From: an uncultured Parabacteroides sp.
Lineage (GTDB): Bacteria; Bacteroidota; Bacteroidia; Bacteroidales; Tannerellaceae
NCBI GenBank assembly: GCA_900770835.1
Contig: CAAGLQ010000049.1
Coordinates: 728-64,727, forward strand
Length of the DNA: 64,000 bases
Reading direction: 5' to 3'
The notes below the pieces were generated by a model. That model was given only the letters and a program-made list of their open reading frames with translations. It searched no databases and was not told the DNA's origin. Shown in pieces: positions 10,901-21,152 of this stretch. Each line of letters opens with the position of its first letter. Position 1 is the stretch's first letter. The position numbers and the translations under genes were made by a program.

Positions 10901-10908
10901 TATTTTTG
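10901..10908 (+). promoter_or_regulatory. Bacteroidetes sigma-A -7 element for the ompA/pilus operon
   Basis: TATTTTTG matching TAnnTTTG, with TTTG at 10878-10881 (19-bp spacer). Confidence 0.6.
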
Positions 10909-11079
10909 TGGCGAAATCCAAAACGACTATGAGACATTATGATTCAATAGAAACAACGATACTGTGCGTTGAATTAAGTAACGGACGTGAACCTTATCCT
11001 GTCGCTTGTGCGAAAGGGTAAGGTTGTGTTGTTTATAGGCGGTTGGAATTTAATTTGATATTTATAACTGAAACTTTAC

Positions 11080-12252
11080 ATGAAAAGGTTTTTATCTTTG
11101 GCCGCATTGGCCTTAACTATGAGTGTGGCAACTGCCACTGCGCAAAATGAACCGGAGAGGGGCATCGAGTTTCCTCCTCGTGTGGTAACTAACAGTTTTT
11201 GGAGTAATTGGTTTGTGGGGGCCGGTGGTGGCGTGAATGTGTACTTCGGTGACAACGACCAGCATCGCTCGTTCAGTAACCGTCTCGCTCCGAACTTCAA
11301 TCTGTATGTCGGTAAGTGGTTTACTCCTGGCTTGGGTCTGCGTGTGGGATACAGCGGTCTGAGTTGGAAAGGTGCTCGTGAGGGCATGGGTGAGTTTGCC
11401 ACGGGTAAGCATCATGGTCAGTGGTATAACCAGAAGGGTAACTTTGGTCATGGCCACGTGGATGTGATGTTTAACATTATCGAGATGGTGTCTCGTCATA
11501 ACCCCAGTCGTCGATACAACATTATCCCTTATGCGGGTGCGGGCTTGATCCACTCTTGGACCTATCCGGGTCATGACGAGCTTGCGCTTAACTTGGGTAT
11601 CATCAACCGTTTCCGTGTGACGGATCGTTTGGCGATCAACGTGGAGCTCTCTACGGTTGGGTTTAAAGATAACTTCGATGGGGAGTGGTCTGGTAGTAGA
11701 GCCGATGTGCTGGGCTCCTTGACGGCGGGTGTTTCTTATCGCATTGGCCAGAATGGTTTTAATCGCAACGTCATCAAATTTACGGGTGTGGCTCAGAAGG
11801 ATTACGATGAGCTGAACCAACGTACCAATACCTTGCGCGAGGAGGTGGCGAAGCTGCAGGCTGAGAATGATCGCCTGAAGGCGACTCCGGCTCCAGCTCC
11901 GGTTAAGGAGGTGGTTAAGGAACCTACCGCTACGATGGCTCCGGTACTGGTTGTATTCGACCTTGGCAAGTCCACGCTTACCAAGCAGCAACGTGTGAAC
12001 TTGAAGTTTGCGGCGGAGTCTATGAAGTCTATCCCGGGTAAGGTGTTCACCTTGGAGGGCTATGCCGATAACTCCACCGGTACGGCAGAGATCAACGAGC
12101 GTCTGTCTCGTGAGCGTATCTCAGCGGTAATGGATTGCTTGGTGAACGAGTTTGGGGTAAAGCGTGATCAACTGAAGGCAGAGGTCAAAGGTGCTGTGGA
12201 TAATATGTTTTATAATGACCCAGCATTGAGCCGTGCGGTGATCATCAAGTAG
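11080..12252 (+). CDS. OmpA family outer-membrane protein
   Basis: TNSFWSNWF, GKWFTPGLGLR beta-barrel; coiled linker; C-terminal OmpA-like domain GYAD...NERLSRER. Confidence 0.92.
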   Translation: MKRFLSLAALALTMSVATATAQNEPERGIEFPPRVVTNSFWSNWFVGAGGGVNVYFGDNDQHRSFSNRLAPNFNLYVGKWFTPGLGLRVGYSGLSWKGAREGMGEFATGKHHGQWYNQKGNFGHGHVDVMFNIIEMVSRHNPSRRYNIIPYAGAGLIHSWTYPGHDELALNLGIINRFRVTDRLAINVELSTVGFKDNFDGEWSGSRADVLGSLTAGVSYRIGQNGFNRNVIKFTGVAQKDYDELNQRTNTLREEVAKLQAENDRLKATPAPAPVKEVVKEPTATMAPVLVVFDLGKSTLTKQQRVNLKFAAESMKSIPGKVFTLEGYADNSTGTAEINERLSRERISAVMDCLVNEFGVKRDQLKAEVKGAVDNMFYNDPALSRAVIIK

Positions 12253-12311
12253 GTTGACTATTTAAATGTGTTTATAATTCACTCAATGTTTAATTTAACG
12301 ATAAGAAAACT

Positions 12312-13364
12312 ATGAGAAAATCTTATTTGTTGTTGGCTGGGGTGGCGCTCATGAGTGCTTTCACAGCATGTAGTAATGAGGAGGATATTCCTCAGGCAGC
12401 TCAGGCCAATGGCTCTGAGCTGGTGATCAAGAACGTAGGTGTGGCCGAGGTTGGTACTAAGGCAGGGATTCGTGGAAATGCTTTTGCGGATGGTGCACAA
12501 TTGGCAATTTTCCTGAACAGCGGTGATTTAGGATCTTCGTATAATGCAAGTGGTGATTTTAAAGAAACCACGAATATTTTGTTTGAGAAGTCAGCTGGGG
12601 CATGGCAGTGGACGGGAGGTACGATCATGCTTTCTAATACAGTTGGTACTGTACGTGCTTATTATCCTTATGCAGATGGAAATAAGACACAAGATGGTAC
12701 AGCAATTCCAGTAACTGTGGCTGCCGAACAGACTTCTATTTCTACTGGTACTACCGATGTTAGTGACCAAAAAGATTATATGTATGCAGAGGCAGTTAGT
12801 AATATCAGCAATGCTTCAGGTAAGTCTACGATTGGGACTTTAACTATGAAGCATGCATTGGCTATGGTTACCTTTGAGATTGCTAATAGTTCAACAACTC
12901 CTTATAAAGGAGCCGGAAAGATCTCTTCTATTAAGTTGTATAATAACGCTCCTGAATCAAAGGCTGTGATCCAGACAGGCGATGGAACAATGAATATCAA
13001 TGATGGTTCTATTTCAATTGGGTCGCCTGTAACTGCGGGTGTTACGACAAACATCGCTGAGGGATCGCAGAATTTCTTGAATAAAACGAACGAAGCCAAC
13101 CCTGAACTGGTTCCTCATATTTTGATTAAACCCTATACTGAGGATGGCGGTTTTGCGCAGGGCGATGTTAAGGTGTCATTCGTTATTGATGGCGCTACTT
13201 ATATCTTGGGCTTGCCAGCAATTGCAAGTGGCTATGAGGCGGGTAAAAACTATGTATATAGCTTCACTCTTGCGGGTACCCAATTGGAAATTACTAGTGT
13301 TGAGATTACAGATTGGACCAAGGAGTCTCAAGATGGTGGTACAATTAAACAGCCGGAGGCTTAG
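12312..13364 (+). CDS. Type V pilus major fimbrillin, paralog 1
   Basis: Lipobox FTAC; TKAGI; RAYYPY; DYMYA; MKHALA; C-terminal ITDW. Confidence 0.9.
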   Translation: MRKSYLLLAGVALMSAFTACSNEEDIPQAAQANGSELVIKNVGVAEVGTKAGIRGNAFADGAQLAIFLNSGDLGSSYNASGDFKETTNILFEKSAGAWQWTGGTIMLSNTVGTVRAYYPYADGNKTQDGTAIPVTVAAEQTSISTGTTDVSDQKDYMYAEAVSNISNASGKSTIGTLTMKHALAMVTFEIANSSTTPYKGAGKISSIKLYNNAPESKAVIQTGDGTMNINDGSISIGSPVTAGVTTNIAEGSQNFLNKTNEANPELVPHILIKPYTEDGGFAQGDVKVSFVIDGATYILGLPAIASGYEAGKNYVYSFTLAGTQLEITSVEITDWTKESQDGGTIKQPEA

Positions 13365-13442
13365 CTTGATTTTATCATAATCCCATCTGTGTTAACGTAG
13401 ATGACATATCTATAAAAATGAGTATTTATCAATGATATAACT

Positions 13443-14549
13443 ATGAAAAAGTCTTATTTATTATTGGCTGGTGTGGCACTCATGAGTGCTTTCACCGCAT
13501 GTAGTAACGATGACGATATGCCGAAAGTGGCTAATGCCAATGGCTCTGAGTTGATCGTGAAATCCGTAGGTGTTGCAGGAATTGATACCAAGGCTGGTAT
13601 TATGGCGAATAAGTTTACGAATAGCGAGACACTTGGCTTGTATATTTATAAAGGTGCAGGTATCAATGAGGGCGCTATCGCATCAGGTGATGAGAAGTAT
13701 AACGTTGGAGATGGTTTGGTATCAACAATCAATGTACCTTATCAAACAAATGTTGGAGGAACTAGTTGGACTGCTACTCAACCCATCATTCTTTCCAATG
13801 TCAAGGGTAAGGTTTATGCTTACTATCCGTATGCTAAATTCAACAACGCTGATGAGAATGAGGCAGATGATGGGTTAGCTGTTAAGGTATCTGTTCTCGC
13901 TGAGCAGGGTACTGGTCAGTCTGATGGTTCAAAAGACGATGTTCAGACAGATTATATGTGGGCAGACCCGAAATCAGATGTTTCTAATGCATCTAATTCT
14001 GTTTCTTTGACCATGAATCATGCGTTGACCATGATTACGTTCAAGTTCAAACAGACAGCAGATAATACCCAGTATTATCCTGGTGAGGGTAAGGTCTCAG
14101 AGATTATTTTGAGAAACCAAACCAACGGTCATGTTGTGAAAACGGGTGCTGCAACCATGAATATTGCCACTGGTGAGATTGACTTAGCTACAGCAGATGA
14201 TGGTCAGATTAAGTTAACTCCGAATGACGGTGAGACTTTGATGGGTGAAGAGACTGCTTCCAAGTTACCGAGATTGCTGGTTTATCCTACAGAGGAAAAT
14301 ATTACAGCTAATGATGCAGAGGTATCTGTAAAAGTGGATGGTAATACATATACGGTTGCTATTCCGGCATTGATGGTAGATGCTCTAGCGTCTAAATGGT
14401 TACCCGGCAAGAACTATGAATATACCTTAACAATGAAGGGTACTGGTCTCGAAATCTCTAATGTGGAAATTAGACAATGGGAGAATAAGAATGGTAACAC
14501 AGGTGAGGATATGCCTGTTCAAACTCCAGTGGCTCCTGCGGAACCATAG
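13443..14549 (+). CDS. Type V pilus major fimbrillin, paralog 2
   Basis: FTAC; TKAGI; YAYYPY; DYMWA; MNHAL. Confidence 0.9.
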   Translation: MKKSYLLLAGVALMSAFTACSNDDDMPKVANANGSELIVKSVGVAGIDTKAGIMANKFTNSETLGLYIYKGAGINEGAIASGDEKYNVGDGLVSTINVPYQTNVGGTSWTATQPIILSNVKGKVYAYYPYAKFNNADENEADDGLAVKVSVLAEQGTGQSDGSKDDVQTDYMWADPKSDVSNASNSVSLTMNHALTMITFKFKQTADNTQYYPGEGKVSEIILRNQTNGHVVKTGAATMNIATGEIDLATADDGQIKLTPNDGETLMGEETASKLPRLLVYPTEENITANDAEVSVKVDGNTYTVAIPALMVDALASKWLPGKNYEYTLTMKGTGLEISNVEIRQWENKNGNTGEDMPVQTPVAPAEP

Positions 14550-14585
14550 CCTTAACCTGATTAGGGTGTAAAAATGTACATTATG

Positions 14586-14613
14586 CTACTCCCTCTTAAT
14601 AATGAGGGAGTAG
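14586..14613 (+). terminator. Intergenic stem-loop
   Basis: CTACTCCCTC-ttaataat-GAGGGAGTAG followed by TTT. Confidence 0.55.
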
Positions 14614-14648
14614 TTTAATTCAATTCGAATATTATCATAACAATATCT

Positions 14649-15773
14649 ATGAAAAAGTCTTATTTATTTATGGCTGGTTTGGCACTCATGAGTGCCTTCA
14701 CAGCATGTAGCAACGATGATGAGGTACCCACTCAGATGGCTCAGAATGAAAACACTGAGTTGATTGTCAACACGGTTGGTGTATCTCAGGTGAATACAAA
14801 GGCAGGTATTAGGGCCGAAGAGTTCACAAAAGGAGAGTCATTAGGTTTGTATATATACCGTGGTGATGGCATTAAGGATGGTGCGATTTCTGGTGAGGAT
14901 GCGAAATACAATGATGGTACTACAGGTATCTCTACGGTAAATGTGCCCTATCAGCAAAATTACAACACTACAGGTAAGTGGGGTGCAGTTCAACCTATTA
15001 TGCTGTCTAATATTGTAGGTAAAGTATATGCATATTATCCTTATATTGCGAATAATAATGCAGCGGGTGATGATGTTGACGATGGATTAGCTGTTAAGGT
15101 TACAGTTAACGAGGACCAGGGCACAGGACAGTCTTCTGGTATTGAGGATGCAAATGGTCAAACTGATTACATGTGGGCTGATGTAAACGAGGGTGTTTCT
15201 AATATGAAACCTGTGGTCAACTTGTCAATGAATCATGCCTTGGCGATGATTTCATTTACATTTGTTCAATCTCCTGATGCAAACGATAAGTATCCGGGTA
15301 TAGGACAAGTCAGTTCCATCGTATTAAAGAATAAGGATGGTGGTGCTCATTCACCGGTAACAACTGGTAATGCTACAATGAATATTTCTGATGGTACTAT
15401 TACTGGTAATGCAGCTGGTAGTATCACTGTTTCTGGAATTACAACTCCGACATTAATGGGTGTTTCAAGTAGTGTTAATCCCGAATTGATCCCTCGTATG
15501 TTGGTCTATCCGTCATCTCAAAACGTGGGAGACAATGAGGCACAAGTTGTTGTAACTGTAGATGGTAAAGCATATACCGTAGATATCCCTGCATTATTGG
15601 TCGCTGGTCAACCTGCAAAATGGGAGGCTAATAAGAACTATGAGTATACCTTGACGCTCAGAGGTGTGGAATTAGTTGTAAATCAGGTGACTATCAAGAC
15701 TTGGACGTTGGTTGAGGGTAATGACGGTGGTATGGATGTACAGAATCCTGACAGCCAGAATCGTCAACCATAA
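14649..15773 (+). CDS. Type V pilus major fimbrillin, paralog 3
   Basis: FTAC; TKAGI; YAYYPY; DYMWA; MNHAL. Confidence 0.9.
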   Translation: MKKSYLFMAGLALMSAFTACSNDDEVPTQMAQNENTELIVNTVGVSQVNTKAGIRAEEFTKGESLGLYIYRGDGIKDGAISGEDAKYNDGTTGISTVNVPYQQNYNTTGKWGAVQPIMLSNIVGKVYAYYPYIANNNAAGDDVDDGLAVKVTVNEDQGTGQSSGIEDANGQTDYMWADVNEGVSNMKPVVNLSMNHALAMISFTFVQSPDANDKYPGIGQVSSIVLKNKDGGAHSPVTTGNATMNISDGTITGNAAGSITVSGITTPTLMGVSSSVNPELIPRMLVYPSSQNVGDNEAQVVVTVDGKAYTVDIPALLVAGQPAKWEANKNYEYTLTLRGVELVVNQVTIKTWTLVEGNDGGMDVQNPDSQNRQP

Positions 15774-15850
15774 TTTGCGGCTTTTGGACATTTGCTCTTC
15801 CCTTTTGGGAAGGGCATTGTTGCATGTTTTTATTCATCAAATCAATTTCT

Positions 15851-16912
15851 ATGAAACAATCGTTCGCTTTATTGGTAGGCTTGGCGTTTATGAGTGCTTT
15901 CACAGCTTGTAGCAATGACGACGAGTTCGCTGTTGCTAAGACTGACAACCAATTGGTGGTTAAGGCTGTCGGTTTGGCTGGGGTGGATACTAAGGCGGGT
16001 ATCACGGCTACGGCTTTTGCGGGTAATGAGTCTATCGGTTTGTATGTCAACAATGGACCGTTGGGTACGAAGTATGACAACGATGTTGACTACGAAAATG
16101 TCAAGTACACAGCCAACGGTGGTGCTGATTGGGCCACGGAGTCTATGGTAACATTGACCAACGTGTCAGGTACGGTTCGTGCTTATTATCCCTATTCTGA
16201 GGATAATGGGGTTTATACACCCAGTGATCCCAATGTTGCCAACAATGGTACATCTATCCAGCTGCGTGTAAACGCTACGCAGGGTACGGGTATCGGTGGT
16301 GTGACTGCGGATGATCCTGCTCAGATTGACTATATGTGGGCTACCCCGGTAGAGAATGTAAGCAGCAGCAAGCCTGATGTTTCCTTGTCGTTGAACCATG
16401 CCTTGACGATGTTGAGCTTCCAGTTCACTAATAGTACAGAGAAACCCTATCCGGGTGTTGGTAAGGTATCTAAGATCACCTTGAAGAACAAGGATGGTGT
16501 GACTCCGTTAAAGGCAGGATTGGCAACGATGAATATAGACAATGGGGAAATCACATTGGATGCTGGGGCGGCTGCGGCTGAGTTTAGCGTTTTGCCGAAT
16601 GCTGAGTCTTTGAAGAATGTGGCTGACCTGAATGCGATGCCTCGTTTCTTGGTGTTCCCGGCGAATACGGCAACGGCAACCAATATCAATGCGGGCGATA
16701 TCATTGCCGAGATTATCTTGGATGATGTGAAGTTCTCCTTGAAACTACCGGCTATTCCTGGTGGTTTTGTCGCTGGCAAGAACTATCAATTCCAATTCAC
16801 CATAAAGGGTGTTGAGCTTGAGGTGGATCAGGTTACGATCAAACCGTGGGTTACTATACCTACATCGGCAGGCGATATTCAGGATCCGGATGATCAGGTG
16901 CGTGTGCCATAA
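15851..16912 (+). CDS. Type V pilus major fimbrillin, paralog 4
   Basis: ATG at 15851; FTAC; TKAGI; RAYYPY; DYMWA. Confidence 0.9.
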   Translation: MKQSFALLVGLAFMSAFTACSNDDEFAVAKTDNQLVVKAVGLAGVDTKAGITATAFAGNESIGLYVNNGPLGTKYDNDVDYENVKYTANGGADWATESMVTLTNVSGTVRAYYPYSEDNGVYTPSDPNVANNGTSIQLRVNATQGTGIGGVTADDPAQIDYMWATPVENVSSSKPDVSLSLNHALTMLSFQFTNSTEKPYPGVGKVSKITLKNKDGVTPLKAGLATMNIDNGEITLDAGAAAAEFSVLPNAESLKNVADLNAMPRFLVFPANTATATNINAGDIIAEIILDDVKFSLKLPAIPGGFVAGKNYQFQFTIKGVELEVDQVTIKPWVTIPTSAGDIQDPDDQVRVP

Positions 16913-16996
16913 TCAAGTTTAATCCTGTACTATTTATTTTTTATGGGTAGAGGGATGTGCTCATCACTCTATTTACACAACTAATTGATTTTTACA

Positions 16997-17542
16997 ATGA
17001 AATTAAAGTATTTGCTGGTTTTGTCGTTGTTGTGTGCCTGCTGCATGGGGGCACAGGCGCAGAGTATGGGTGTGAAAACATCTGCCACGCTTTGGGCAAC
17101 CTTGACACCGAACGTGGAGCTTAGCTATGTGGTGACTGAACATATTACGGCGCACTTGCCGGTGCAGTATAATCCCTTTGTGCTGGGCGAGAACTCGCGG
17201 TTCCAACAGCTGACGGTCATGCCGGGTGCGCGCTATTGGTTTAAATTGGCGCACGCTCGCTATTTTGTTTCTGGCTACGCCATCGCTTCGCGTTTCCACG
17301 TTGGGGGTTGGTTTGACCAACCGTATCGGTACGATGGCAAGTGCTTTGGCTTGGGCATTGGTGGTGGCTATAGCTGGTTGCTGAGTAAGTGCTTTAATTT
17401 AGAGGCTGAGTTGGGGTTTGGTGGTGCATACGCCAACTACGACAAGTGCTATTGGCCCAAGAACTCCAAACGGATTTCGAATGAGAAGGGTATTCGTTTC
17501 TTTCCCTCTAAGTTCGATGTGAGTCTGGTCTATTTCTTTTGA
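16997..17542 (+). CDS. DUF3575 outer-membrane beta-barrel protein
   Basis: VKTS.TLWATLTPNVEL, PGARYW, FNLEAELG, terminal Phe; typical of Bacteroidales fimbrial loci. Confidence 0.85.
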   Translation: MKLKYLLVLSLLCACCMGAQAQSMGVKTSATLWATLTPNVELSYVVTEHITAHLPVQYNPFVLGENSRFQQLTVMPGARYWFKLAHARYFVSGYAIASRFHVGGWFDQPYRYDGKCFGLGIGGGYSWLLSKCFNLEAELGFGGAYANYDKCYWPKNSKRISNEKGIRFFPSKFDVSLVYFF

Positions 17543-17560
17543 TATGGAGTGTTTAAGGAT

Positions 17561-19321
17561 ATGCGCAGAGTCGGGATTCAACATATTATTACTGCTTGCT
17601 TGCTGCTGACAGTGGGGTGTAATACGCGCTACCAGCTGGATAAGATGCAACGGAAGGAGGGTATTGTCAATATCAGACAGCCGCTCCGTAGCGAGAAGAA
17701 GGAGCAGGCTGACTCTACCGCGGTTCCGAAAGAGATTAAGTTTAAAGATAAGGACGGTAAAGAGGTCAACATCTTGAGTGGTGAGCTCGATGGGGATGAT
17801 TATATCTATTCCGTCCAATTGGAGGGGGTCGAGGTCGTGGCGAAGTCCAAGACGGTCCCCGAACGGGATGGTATGATTACCATCTCTTTTATCGTCTGTG
17901 TGCCGGCTAGCTACCTGCAGAGCGAATGGCGACTGACGGTGCATCCGAGCTTGGATAACAATGGGGTGATTACACAGCTGAAACCGGTGGTGCTCTCTGG
18001 GTCTGATTTTCGGACGATCACCAATCGGCATCGTTTCTACTCGGACAAGGGGGCGCTGGCGGATCTGAAGCTGGAGCGTGATCTGTTGGAGCGCCGAATG
18101 GCACTGAGCAGTAAGCATGCGCCGAGCCAGCAGGAGGTGGATTCCCTAGAGGCGGTGCTGACAAATTGGGATGAGACACGGAGCGCACTGTATGCGCAGG
18201 ACTGGAAACTGGATTCGATTATCCAACGGAAATCGAATTTTGAGTATTACTATAACCAGGAGTTCCCGAGCGAGGATATGGAGAAGAAACTGAAGCTCTC
18301 CTTTACAGCGGACATTCAGGATCTGGATGGGCGACAGTATGACCTTGCCTTCGGTGATACGTTGAACTATTTCATCTCTTCGATGATGCAGTTTCTGGAT
18401 CGTACGCCTCGCTATGTACGGCAGACGATCTATCGTAAGTCAACGGAGAGTACCTCTTGCTATATCAATTTCCCGGTGGGTTCAACCGTAGTGCTGGATA
18501 CATTAGGAAACAATAGGGAGGAACTGGATAAGGTGAGTCAGAAAATGCGTGAGATCAACGAGGGGAACGAGTTTGTGATTGACTCGATCTTGTTGATGGC
18601 GGGCTGCTCGCCCGAGGGGGCGTACGAGATGAACCGCACGCTGGCGGCGGGCCGTGCGTCTGCGTTGCATACCTATCTGGCTCCGGTGCTGGAGTCAAAT
18701 GCCGAGGCGGTGGAGCTGGTTAAGGAGAAGCCGCAGGCGGAGAACTGGGACAAGCTGATCAAGCTGATACGGGATAAGAAGTTTGAGAACCAGGATGGCA
18801 TCATGGCGATCATCCGGGAGACGGAGGATCTCGATCAGCGCGAGTTTAAGATAAGGAATGACTTTCCGGAGGAGTACGAGGTGATTCGTAATGAGCTCTA
18901 CCCGGAGCTGCGTTCCGTCGATTTTGTGTTTTACCTCTCTCGTAGGGGTATGGTGGAGGACGTCGTTTATACGGACGTGATTGACACGGCTTATGCGAAT
19001 GCGATCAAGCTGATGGATAAGCGTAAGTATAAGGAGGCGATGCCTAAACTGTTGGAGTATAAGGATTGGAACATGGCGATTTGTTATATGTCGCTGGGTT
19101 ACAACGATTCTGCGATAAAGATTTTTGAGTCACTGCCACAGAACCCCGATAGGGATTATATGCTGGCGATTCTCTATTCCCGGGTGGGACGCATTGAGGA
19201 TGCGGTGGCGACCTTCGTTCGGTGCTGCCAGGAGGATGACTCTAAAATCGATAGGGGTGAATTGGATCCGGAGATTTCAAAGTTGATGGATCAATATAAG
19301 TTACGAGATCGTTTATATTGA
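17561..19321 (+). CDS. Pilus-associated lipoprotein (DUF3868-like, OmpA-like domain plus TPR)
   Basis: Lipobox TVGC; INFPVG; CSPEG.YEMNRTLA..RA; ENW; LYPELR; TPR-like C-terminus. Confidence 0.75.
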   Translation: MRRVGIQHIITACLLLTVGCNTRYQLDKMQRKEGIVNIRQPLRSEKKEQADSTAVPKEIKFKDKDGKEVNILSGELDGDDYIYSVQLEGVEVVAKSKTVPERDGMITISFIVCVPASYLQSEWRLTVHPSLDNNGVITQLKPVVLSGSDFRTITNRHRFYSDKGALADLKLERDLLERRMALSSKHAPSQQEVDSLEAVLTNWDETRSALYAQDWKLDSIIQRKSNFEYYYNQEFPSEDMEKKLKLSFTADIQDLDGRQYDLAFGDTLNYFISSMMQFLDRTPRYVRQTIYRKSTESTSCYINFPVGSTVVLDTLGNNREELDKVSQKMREINEGNEFVIDSILLMAGCSPEGAYEMNRTLAAGRASALHTYLAPVLESNAEAVELVKEKPQAENWDKLIKLIRDKKFENQDGIMAIIRETEDLDQREFKIRNDFPEEYEVIRNELYPELRSVDFVFYLSRRGMVEDVVYTDVIDTAYANAIKLMDKRKYKEAMPKLLEYKDWNMAICYMSLGYNDSAIKIFESLPQNPDRDYMLAILYSRVGRIEDAVATFVRCCQEDDSKIDRGELDPEISKLMDQYKLRDRLY

Positions 19322-19334
19322 ATTGGATTTTTAT

Positions 19335-20240
19335 ATGAGAATGTCACGGTTAAAGCATTGGTTGGGTTTGGGCTGCTTGGCTTCGGTCATGGCGTGCTCA
19401 GACGATGCGCAGTGGGTGGATCATACCGCACAGCTTCAAGTGTCGGTGGCTATCTCGGACGGGATCTTGACCAAAGGCTTGGTTGAGGGTACGTCGTTCG
19501 ACAATGGAGCGAAGATCGGTTTGTACCTTGAGGGGATGTCCGCTACTGCCTACGATGGTTATTCCTATAAGAATGTTTGTTTCACGTCATCGATTGTGGA
19601 TGAGGTACAGTCCTGGTCGGGTGGGCCGATCCTGCTCTCTTCAACCAAAGGGAAGGTGTTTTGCTACTGGCCTTTCAAAGAGGAGGGGTATGCGAACTAT
19701 ACGGCAGTGCCTATTTCAGCGGCCGATCAGATCGATTATATGTATAGTGGCTGGCATACCGATGTCTCTAATGCGAATGCGGCCCTGTCCGTGACGATGA
19801 AACATGCGCTGACTGCTGTCCAGTTTAATGTGAAACGGGGTGACTACACGGGTGTAGGTAATCTAACGGATGTCAAGATCGCTTCTGAGGGTCTGGGGGC
19901 TACGGGTAACCTGGACTTCTCCACGGGTGCTCTCTCGAATCTAACAGTAGGGGAGATAACGCTGACTGGGCTGGATGCCAACTTGGTGGCGGATCCGGCG
20001 TATGAGGCGAAGCTGCTGGCGCTGCCGATGGGTCTTGGGCAGGCGAAATCGATTCAGGCGTCCTTCACGATCGATGGGAAGGTGTTCCCGATTGAGTTGA
20101 GCGTGACGGAGCCGTGTGCGGCGGGTAGCAAGTATGTCTATGAGATTACTCTCAATAGTCTGGGTCTTGTCGTGCAGCGAGTGACGGTGACCAAATGGGC
20201 CGACAGTGGGGTGGATCAGAGTATTGATACGCAGTTATAA
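19335..20240 (+). CDS. Fimbrillin-family lipoprotein (minor pilin)
   Basis: VMAC; TKG; CYWPF; DYMYS; MKHAL. Confidence 0.85.
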   Translation: MRMSRLKHWLGLGCLASVMACSDDAQWVDHTAQLQVSVAISDGILTKGLVEGTSFDNGAKIGLYLEGMSATAYDGYSYKNVCFTSSIVDEVQSWSGGPILLSSTKGKVFCYWPFKEEGYANYTAVPISAADQIDYMYSGWHTDVSNANAALSVTMKHALTAVQFNVKRGDYTGVGNLTDVKIASEGLGATGNLDFSTGALSNLTVGEITLTGLDANLVADPAYEAKLLALPMGLGQAKSIQASFTIDGKVFPIELSVTEPCAAGSKYVYEITLNSLGLVVQRVTVTKWADSGVDQSIDTQL

Positions 20241-20252
20241 GAGGGGGTGACT

Positions 20253-21152
20253 ATGAATTGGAAATGTTTAGGCTTGGTTGTCTTATTGACCATAGGGGCA
20301 TGCGAACCGATCAACGAGCAGAATTGGTTTGAGAACGAGGTGGTTACGCTGGATTGGACCGCCGCAAATCCGACAACGGGCTATCGCCCGTCTGAGGTGG
20401 GTTCCCTCGCTTTGTATTACTACCCGCAGGATAAATCAGGCACGATGAGTTGCCAGGAGTATTTGTGCGACAAAGATGTGGTGTCGGTGCCGCTGGAGTC
20501 AGGTCACTATGACATGCTGGCGATCTCTAATGATAAGAGTGTGCATAAGGATAAATATTATCGCTCGGCCTATGTAGCGTTTCAAACGGAACTGGACTCG
20601 CTCCAAAATCGGGTGATCGTGGCCGGTGGCGAGGAGATGATCTATAAGGGATCGCTGAGCGATGTGTCGGTCGAGAATGACCGTAAGCAGAGCCGGAAGG
20701 TGGTTCTGCATCGTTTATTGAAGAAGCTTACCTTTATTGTGAATATCTTCGATTATCAAGAGCTGACGCATAATGTGGCGATCGAGATGTCGGGCGTTGC
20801 GTCCCGTATGTTGCTACATAACGAGAAACCAGAGGCGGACTCGGAGGCGATCCTGCGAACGCGTATCAACAAGCTGGGGCGTGAGGCGCAAACGGAGCTG
20901 GGCGTGCATACGACCTTCAAAGGTACGGTGCATGTGCTGGGGGTAACGGGGTACAACATCCTGAGCCTCGCGTTCGTTGACTGCAGGGGCGTAGAGAAGA
21001 TGCTCGAACTGGATATTACCTCCTATCTCAAGACTTGGGATACCGAGGAGGCGGTGGTTTATGTCAACATCAATAGTCCGCAGGAGTATGCGAATCTTGA
21101 GCGTTGGAATACGATTAATGGGGATATCATTATTAACAACCAAGACCTATGA
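20253..21152 (+). CDS. Mfa2/FimB-like (DUF5119-like) pilus anchor lipoprotein
   Basis: IGAC lipobox; LDW, LYYYP, L.SGHYDMLA. Confidence 0.6.
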   Translation: MNWKCLGLVVLLTIGACEPINEQNWFENEVVTLDWTAANPTTGYRPSEVGSLALYYYPQDKSGTMSCQEYLCDKDVVSVPLESGHYDMLAISNDKSVHKDKYYRSAYVAFQTELDSLQNRVIVAGGEEMIYKGSLSDVSVENDRKQSRKVVLHRLLKKLTFIVNIFDYQELTHNVAIEMSGVASRMLLHNEKPEADSEAILRTRINKLGREAQTELGVHTTFKGTVHVLGVTGYNILSLAFVDCRGVEKMLELDITSYLKTWDTEEAVVYVNINSPQEYANLERWNTINGDIIINNQDL

